Below are positions 36,957-42,108 of a stretch of DNA of 42,108 nt, one piece after another (position 1 is the stretch's first letter; each line of letters starts with the position of its first letter). The notes beneath the pieces were generated by a model. It worked only from the letters and a program-made list of their open reading frames with translations, did not search any database and was not told where the DNA came from. The translations under genes were made by a program, and so were the position numbers. Location: NCBI GenBank assembly GCA_903847485.1, contig CAINDV010001020.1, positions 1-42,108 of the forward strand. The letters are read 5' to 3'. This DNA comes from an uncultured Verrucomicrobiota bacterium. Lineage in GTDB: Bacteria; Verrucomicrobiota; Verrucomicrobiia; Limisphaerales; JAJXZI01.

Positions 36957-38039
36957 TCATGGCTTTGTTCCCTTCGCCTTCGTGGCCGGGGCCGCCAGTT
37001 GGTAGAACTCGTGCAGCTTCTGTTGGAGCAGCTTCTTGTCCGGTAGGACGGCTTGGTATTCAGCGACGAGCGCCGGAGAAACCGCCCGGCTCAGGGCGTA
37101 TTCGACGACTTCGTTGTCCTTAGTGGCGCAGAGCAACGCGCCGATGGACGGGCGCTCGTGGGGCTTGCGGACATCGCGGTCGAGGGCTTCGAGATAGAAC
37201 TCCATCTTACCCAAGTGCTCCGGCTCGAACTCCCCGACCTTTAAGTCAAAAGCCACCAGCGACTGGAGCGCCCGGTGGTAGAAAACGAGGTCAACGCGAA
37301 AGTCCCGGCCCCCAACTTGCAGGAGGTATTGCTCGCCGACGAAACAGAAATCGCGACCGAGTTCGACGAGGAACTTCTTAAGGTTGGCCACTAACCCCGC
37401 GTGTAAGTCGGCTTCGGAATGGACTTCCGGTAGGTTGAGAAAATCGAGGAGGTAAGTGTCTTTGAAGACGGTTTCGGCGACGGGGTGCAATTCTCTCACC
37501 ACTGGTGAGAGTTTTGGCGGAGATAGGATGGTGCGCTCGAACAGGGCGCCGTTAAGCTGGCGTTCGAGTTCGCGCTTACCCCATTTTTCTCGAATGACTA
37601 GGCGAAGGTAAAACTCCCGTTCTTCTGCGCGTTTGCTCTTGGAAAGGATTAACAAGTTATGCGTCCAAGACAATTGTCGCACCAGTGGTGCGACTTTCTT
37701 GTCGGCCCGGTAAGTTTCGTAGAACTGCCGCATCCGAAACAGACTGGCGCGGGTGAAGCCCTTGATGTCCGGATGATGTCGAGCGATGAAACCAGCCAAC
37801 CGGTCCACCACCCCTTCACCCCAGAAGGCGACTGACAGCTTGCGGCTGATGATCTCCCCGACGCGCCAATACAGGTCTATCAACTCCGTATTAACCGCCT
37901 GCAACGCCCTGGCCCGCGCCGACTGGATCAAACCCACCACTTCCCCGAACGCCTGCGCCTCGCGGCCCGCCGCCGGCGGCCGACTGGCTTTCGCCGGTGC
38001 CTTGACGGGGAGCCGCTTAGTTGACGGTTTCCTCTGCAC
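36957..38039 (-). CDS. YhcG/DUF1016-family PD-(D/E)xK nuclease domain protein
   Basis: AVNTELIDLYWRVG, WGEGVV..LA, MRQFY, LSWTH, FKDTYLLDFL, FLVELG..F.FVG.Q, DLVFYHR.L, GKMEFYL and VVEYAL. Confidence 0.93.
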   Translation of the reverse strand: MQRKPSTKRLPVKAPAKASRPPAAGREAQAFGEVVGLIQSARARALQAVNTELIDLYWRVGEIISRKLSVAFWGEGVVDRLAGFIARHHPDIKGFTRASLFRMRQFYETYRADKKVAPLVRQLSWTHNLLILSKSKRAEEREFYLRLVIREKWGKRELERQLNGALFERTILSPPKLSPVVRELHPVAETVFKDTYLLDFLNLPEVHSEADLHAGLVANLKKFLVELGRDFCFVGEQYLLQVGGRDFRVDLVFYHRALQSLVAFDLKVGEFEPEHLGKMEFYLEALDRDVRKPHERPSIGALLCATKDNEVVEYALSRAVSPALVAEYQAVLPDKKLLQQKLHEFYQLAAPATKAKGTKP

Positions 38040-38084
38040 GTCGTTGTTAAAGGCTGGCCTGACTTGTTACTTGGCGGAAGTTCC

Positions 38085-39281
38085 TTACTTACCCTTCGCC
38101 TTCGCCGCCGGGGCCACGGCCTTCTCGCCCGCCTTCTCCACAAACGGCACCGGGTTCACCACCGCGCCGTCGCGCACCTTCTGGATACCTTCCGCCACCA
38201 CGCGGTCGCCGGCCTTCACACTGCCTTGGATGAGGCCTTGGATGACCCACTCCTGCCCGACAGGCTCGCCGACACTTACCGGCCGCATACTTACCTTGTT
38301 ATCAGTGCCCACGACCGCGACTAACGAGCGGCCTTGCACGTCCGTCACCGCCCGCTGCGGCACGAGGAGGGCATCCTTCTGGGTGTCGAGCAGCGCCCGG
38401 ACGCGGACGAACATACCCGGTACCAGCAGTTTATTGGAATTAGTGAACTCACCCACGACCGTGATGGTGCCGGTCTTCACATCCACCTGGTTGTTGGCGA
38501 ACCGCACGCGCCCCGGCTCGGAATAGACCGTGCCAGTCGCCAGGACCAGTTCCAGTTCCGGGCCTGCGTCGGCGCGCGCCGCCTTGCCTTCGGCCAAACG
38601 ACGCTCCAGCATTTTGGTCACCAACTGCTGGGACACCGAGAAATACACGCGGATCGGATCCATCTGCACCACGGTGGTCAACAGGCCGGTGCCGGGGCCG
38701 ACGAGATCGCCAACCTGGGCCTTGGCCAGGCCGGCGGACCCGGTCACCGGGGCGCGGATGGTGGTGAAGTTGAGATTCAACTCGGCCTCCTTCACCACCG
38801 CTTGGGCGCTGGCCACCTGGCCGTCCGCCGCCTTATCCGCCTGCACGGCGTCGTCCAGTTCCTGCTTGCTGATGGCTTGGGATGCGGCCAGCGGCGTGTA
38901 ACGTTCCACGTCGAGGGCGGTCTTCCCCTTCTGGGCTTGTGCCTCCATGAGTTGCGCCTTGGCCTTGGCCAAAGTAGCCGCAAACGTGGCCGGCTCGATT
39001 CGGAATAGCACCTGCCCGTTAGTCACATCGCTACCTTCCGAGTAGTCCCGACTAATTAGGTAACCACTCACCTGAGCGGAGATCGTGGCATTGACCTCGC
39101 CTTCCAGTGTGCCCACCGCGTCGCGATAAATCGGCACATCCCGCTGCGTCACGGCGACCACCGCGACGTCCGGTGCGGCCAGGGGTTGGGCGGCTTCCTT
39201 CTCCTTGCAACCGGGCAGCCAAACTAACCAAGCCAGCAGCCCAACCGGCGCTGCCATTTTCCGCATCAAATGTCGTGTCAT
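38085..39281 (-). CDS. RND efflux membrane-fusion (periplasmic adaptor) lipoprotein
   Basis: LPGC lipobox-like, AQVSGYL, LNLNFTTIRAPVTG, VDVKTGTI, LVPGMFVRV and LLVPQRAV. Confidence 0.95.
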   Translation of the reverse strand: MTRHLMRKMAAPVGLLAWLVWLPGCKEKEAAQPLAAPDVAVVAVTQRDVPIYRDAVGTLEGEVNATISAQVSGYLISRDYSEGSDVTNGQVLFRIEPATFAATLAKAKAQLMEAQAQKGKTALDVERYTPLAASQAISKQELDDAVQADKAADGQVASAQAVVKEAELNLNFTTIRAPVTGSAGLAKAQVGDLVGPGTGLLTTVVQMDPIRVYFSVSQQLVTKMLERRLAEGKAARADAGPELELVLATGTVYSEPGRVRFANNQVDVKTGTITVVGEFTNSNKLLVPGMFVRVRALLDTQKDALLVPQRAVTDVQGRSLVAVVGTDNKVSMRPVSVGEPVGQEWVIQGLIQGSVKAGDRVVAEGIQKVRDGAVVNPVPFVEKAGEKAVAPAAKAKGK

Positions 39282-39417
39282 AGCGTAATTACGTTCCAAC
39301 TAGAGCCCAGACTAGTGCAACGGCGCGCTGGCGGAAAGCAGAAATGCCACGGCCGCGGTTCCAGCTTCCTCCAGTGCTGCTTTCCTCTTTCCGCTTTTCG
39401 AGCAAACTACCCCGCGC

Positions 39418-39861
39418 CTAGAATCCGCCCCATTCGCCCCAGCCAGTCCCGGTTCCCCAGCCCGGCGTGTCGTAACCGCTGGTGACGTCAACCTGCTGAT
39501 TCACGAGCGCCTCACCCCGCGAATCCCGGGCCGCCTGCGCATCTTCCGCCGCCAGTCGCAGACCGTCGAGAGTGTTCTGGTAGGCTTGATACTGGGCCTG
39601 CTTACCCACATAGAGCACGTTCTGAGCGTGGTCCGGATAGACGTAGTAAGCGGTGCCGCTCCGGGTCACGACGGAAACCTTGCCCGCCGGCAGGGTCTTC
39701 ATCTGTTGCTGCTGATCCGGCGTGGTGGCCGGTATGATTTTGAAGCCGGACGAAGCCAGCAGACTGGGCGTGGAATACGCCTTCGACGTCGCGCAACCCG
39801 GCGTCATGGCCACCAGTGCGACCGCTCCCAACACCGCCAATAGGATGGTTTTGTTACTCAT
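39418..39861 (-). CDS. Hypothetical lipoprotein (paralog 2)
   Basis: MSNKTILL...TPGCAT lipobox, LLASSGFKIIPATTP...YVYPD....LYVG and a W/G-rich tail. Confidence 0.8.
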   Translation of the reverse strand: MSNKTILLAVLGAVALVAMTPGCATSKAYSTPSLLASSGFKIIPATTPDQQQQMKTLPAGKVSVVTRSGTAYYVYPDHAQNVLYVGKQAQYQAYQNTLDGLRLAAEDAQAARDSRGEALVNQQVDVTSGYDTPGWGTGTGWGEWGGF

Positions 39862-39948
39862 AAATGATCGTCTTCCGTTGTTGTCTGTATTACTGGTTTC
39901 CGTCGCGTAATGCTGGTAGTTTCGCAAGCCCGACCGTGCTGGTTGCCC

Positions 39949-40428
39949 CTACCACACGCCCCACGGCCCCCACACGCCCCAAGGCCCGCCCCACGCCGCT
40001 CCCCACACGGCGTCTTCGGCAGCATTCATAGCTTGCGACTGCAAGTTCGCTTCCGTGGCGACGCGATTATCGGTAGCGATTTGCCCGTAAACCTTCGCCT
40101 GCTGCTGGCCCAACAGGAGACTCTGATAGGTGTCATACTCAGCATTCCGACCAACGTAGAGTTGCTTGTTGGCGGGATCCGGGTAAACGAAAAAGACCTG
40201 CCCATTCCGCTTCACGAACGAAATCCGGCCCGTCGGGAGAGTCTGGAGATGCTGCTGCTGCTCGGGCGTCGTGGCCGGCATAATCTTGAAGCCGGACGCG
40301 GCCAGCAGGTTCGCGGTTCGGTTCGTCGTCGCACAGCCCGTCACCATGACCCCAAGCGCCACGGTCCCGACGACCAGCACTGCGATCACGGATAAGAGTT
40401 CAAGAATGGTATTTTGCTTCTCGCGCAT
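39949..40428 (-). CDS. Hypothetical lipoprotein (paralog 1)
   Basis: VTGCAT lipobox, LLAASGFKIMPATTP...FVYPD....LYVG and tail WGAAWGGPWGVWGPWGVW. Confidence 0.8.
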   Translation of the reverse strand: MREKQNTILELLSVIAVLVVGTVALGVMVTGCATTNRTANLLAASGFKIMPATTPEQQQHLQTLPTGRISFVKRNGQVFFVYPDPANKQLYVGRNAEYDTYQSLLLGQQQAKVYGQIATDNRVATEANLQSQAMNAAEDAVWGAAWGGPWGVWGPWGVW

Positions 40429-40525
40429 GGGCAAAGGCTACCGAAGCTTGACGGCGGTTGCAAGGCGGAAAACCGATAAAATTCTTATTCCGCAGGGCGG
40501 CCTCAAGCTCGGTATGGCCCAGGCC

Positions 40526-40760
40526 CAGAACTCCTGAGCCGTGAGCACCAATTCCAACTGGCAAGGAAACGAGGTGAATCCAAGCACGCCGGGTCAGGGG
40601 ACCCGGCCTACAGCAAGGGCGCGGTTCTGTAGGTCCGATGAGGACCCCGGGCCTGTAGAGTCGCGCCTTTGCTTGTAGGCCGGGTCCCCTGACCCGGCGC
40701 GCTGGGACGCATCCCGTTTCCTCGCCGGTTGGAATTGGTGCTCACGGCTCAGGAGTTTTG
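40526..40760. repeat. Nested palindrome around a GTAG-REP doublet
   Basis: CAGAACTCCTGAGCCGTGAGCACCAATTCCAAC...GTTGGAATTGGTGCTCACGGCTCAGGAGTTTTG. Inner CGCCGGGTCAGGGGACCCGGCCTACA / TGTAGGCCGGGTCCCCTGACCCGGCG. Confidence 0.88.
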
Positions 40761-41830
40761 AGTCTTCGGCGCGGCGGGCGGGGCCGGCTCGTTTTCCGCG
40801 ATCCAGTAGCGGGGCGTTTCGCCCAACTTGGCGCATAACTCGTTTACTTCGCGTTGGAGTTCAATCATCCGCCGTTCATGACCGACGGCGACCTGGTTGG
40901 ACCGTGTCAGGGCGTCATTGCGGACGCGAAGTTCCTCGGTCTGTTGCCGCAGCGCCGCTTCCGTGTGTCGGCGCTCGGTGATGTCGCGGTAGATATACTG
41001 GTAGTTACCGTCCTGCATCTTTTTGGAACGTATTTCTACTGGCACGGTGGTGCCATCGGGGCGAAGCAAGGTGCGCACATTGACGACGATGCACCCCATT
41101 CTTAGCCGGTTATAGTCCAGCGGTTGGGCGTTCAGTTTCTGGGGGTCAAATAGCTCGTGGACCCGGCGGAGGAGAACTCCCCCAAATTCCGGCCGGCCAG
41201 CTTCTGCATTTGCGAATTGGCGTGGGTTATCCTCCCATCAGGAGTGCCGAACAAGATTCCGTCCACGGCAAAATGAATGGCGTCCCAGTACTTGGTCCTG
41301 CTCTCCCGCAGCGCCGCCTCGGCCTGCTTGCGTTCGGTGATGTCGCTCAGCACGAGGCGACAGACGAGCGGGACGTCTTCGTCCTGCACTAAGTTGCCCT
41401 CCAGCCGCGCCCAGAAGGCGTGGCCGTCTTTCTTCACCATCCGCAACTCGCAGGCTGGCGGGGGACCGGCCGCCAAGAGTTGTTGGCGGAGCAGGTAATA
41501 AGTGTCCTGGTCCTCTTTGAGGATGAACTGGGAGAATGGCCGTTTGACCAGCGCACTCCGCACCACGCCCAGCAAGGTGGCGGCGGTGAGGTTAGTCTCC
41601 AGGATAACTCCCGGTTCACTGAGGGTGACATAGCCCACCAGGGCTAAGCCATAGAGATCGAAATAGCGGGCCTTGGTGGCGGTTAGTTCCGCCTGCGTCC
41701 GGCGCAGCTCCTCGTTTTGCATCTCCAGCTCGATCTGGTGGACCTGGAGTTTGTGGAGGGTCTCGGGGGTGGCCTCGGGCGCTGCGGGGCGGAGCTGGTG
41801 CGCCGCTTTGGCGCGCTGGCGGAGGGTGGG
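40749..41830 (-). pseudogene. Broken multi-PAS signalling protein
   Basis: LQVHQIELEMQNEELRR...RYFDLY...DITERKQAE (ORF 41132-42034) continues after a break at ~41100-41190 as RPDGTTVPVEI...RDITERR...ERRMIELQREVNEL (ORF 40749-41099). Confidence 0.75.
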
Positions 41831-41854
41831 GGTGGTCGGACTGGTCGGACTGGT

Positions 41855-41969
41855 TGCGGAGACCCTTGCACTCGGGGCAGGCGGAGCAGCCCCAGAAGGG
41901 TTGGCCGGCATGGGTCCCGTGCTGGGCGGTGCGCTGGCGCATGGGCCGGCCGCAGAGTGGGCAGGCCAA
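41855..41969 (-). pseudogene. Topoisomerase-type C4 zinc-finger remnant (as in four-helix-bundle-suffix or restriction proteins)
   Basis: ACPLCGRPMRQRTAQHGTHAGQPFWGCSACPECKGLR, flanked by CAGTCCGAC/CAGTCAGAC 9-mer repeats. No upstream gene body. Confidence 0.72.
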
Positions 41970-42108
41970 GGTGGCTGGCTGGTCAGACTTGTCTGACGGG
42001 TCTGACTGGCCAAGTCTAAGGACATATAGGTCACTTGAGGACTCTGATAGCCTCGGGTATTTCTCGTATCGATGTCAGCTCCGTTCCGGCTCCGCTCCGC
42101 TCCGCCTC

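Noticed and set aside
1-42108. rRNA, tRNA, integrase, transposase or cas genes
   Set aside because: None were recognised by eye or in the ORF track. No covariance-model search could be run.

Overview
GC-rich bacterial DNA. The REP/heptamer repeat families and passenger-repeat secreted proteins suggest a Verrucomicrobiota/PVC-type organism (inference only). Almost all genes are on the minus strand. From left to right: (1) the 5' part of a PLD-domain gene, a higBA toxin-antitoxin pair, an ETF:quinone oxidoreductase (FixC-FixX type, ETF-QO) and a SAM methyltransferase; (2) an amino-sugar cluster with a kinase-MurQ fusion, two GH20 hexosaminidases, an SGNH esterase and a divergent GH20-like protein; (3) an accessory patch with REP-carrying MITEs, a frameshifted XRE regulator, an MmeI-like type IIL restriction-modification gene, an orphan 5-repeat CRISPR-like array whose repeats are conserved mainly in their 3' ~21 nt, a 21-bp tandem repeat and a broken type IV coupling-protein fragment; (4) an RND efflux/ppk2/mscS/ion-channel/lipoprotein cluster interrupted by two direct-repeat-flanked inserts; (5) a broken PAS-domain gene. 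The most striking unexplained pattern is that accessory genes repeatedly sit next to duplicated 3' tails of host genes. The ETF-QO tail occurs three times, each time directly upstream of a different accessory gene. No integrase, transposase or cas gene is visible in the window.
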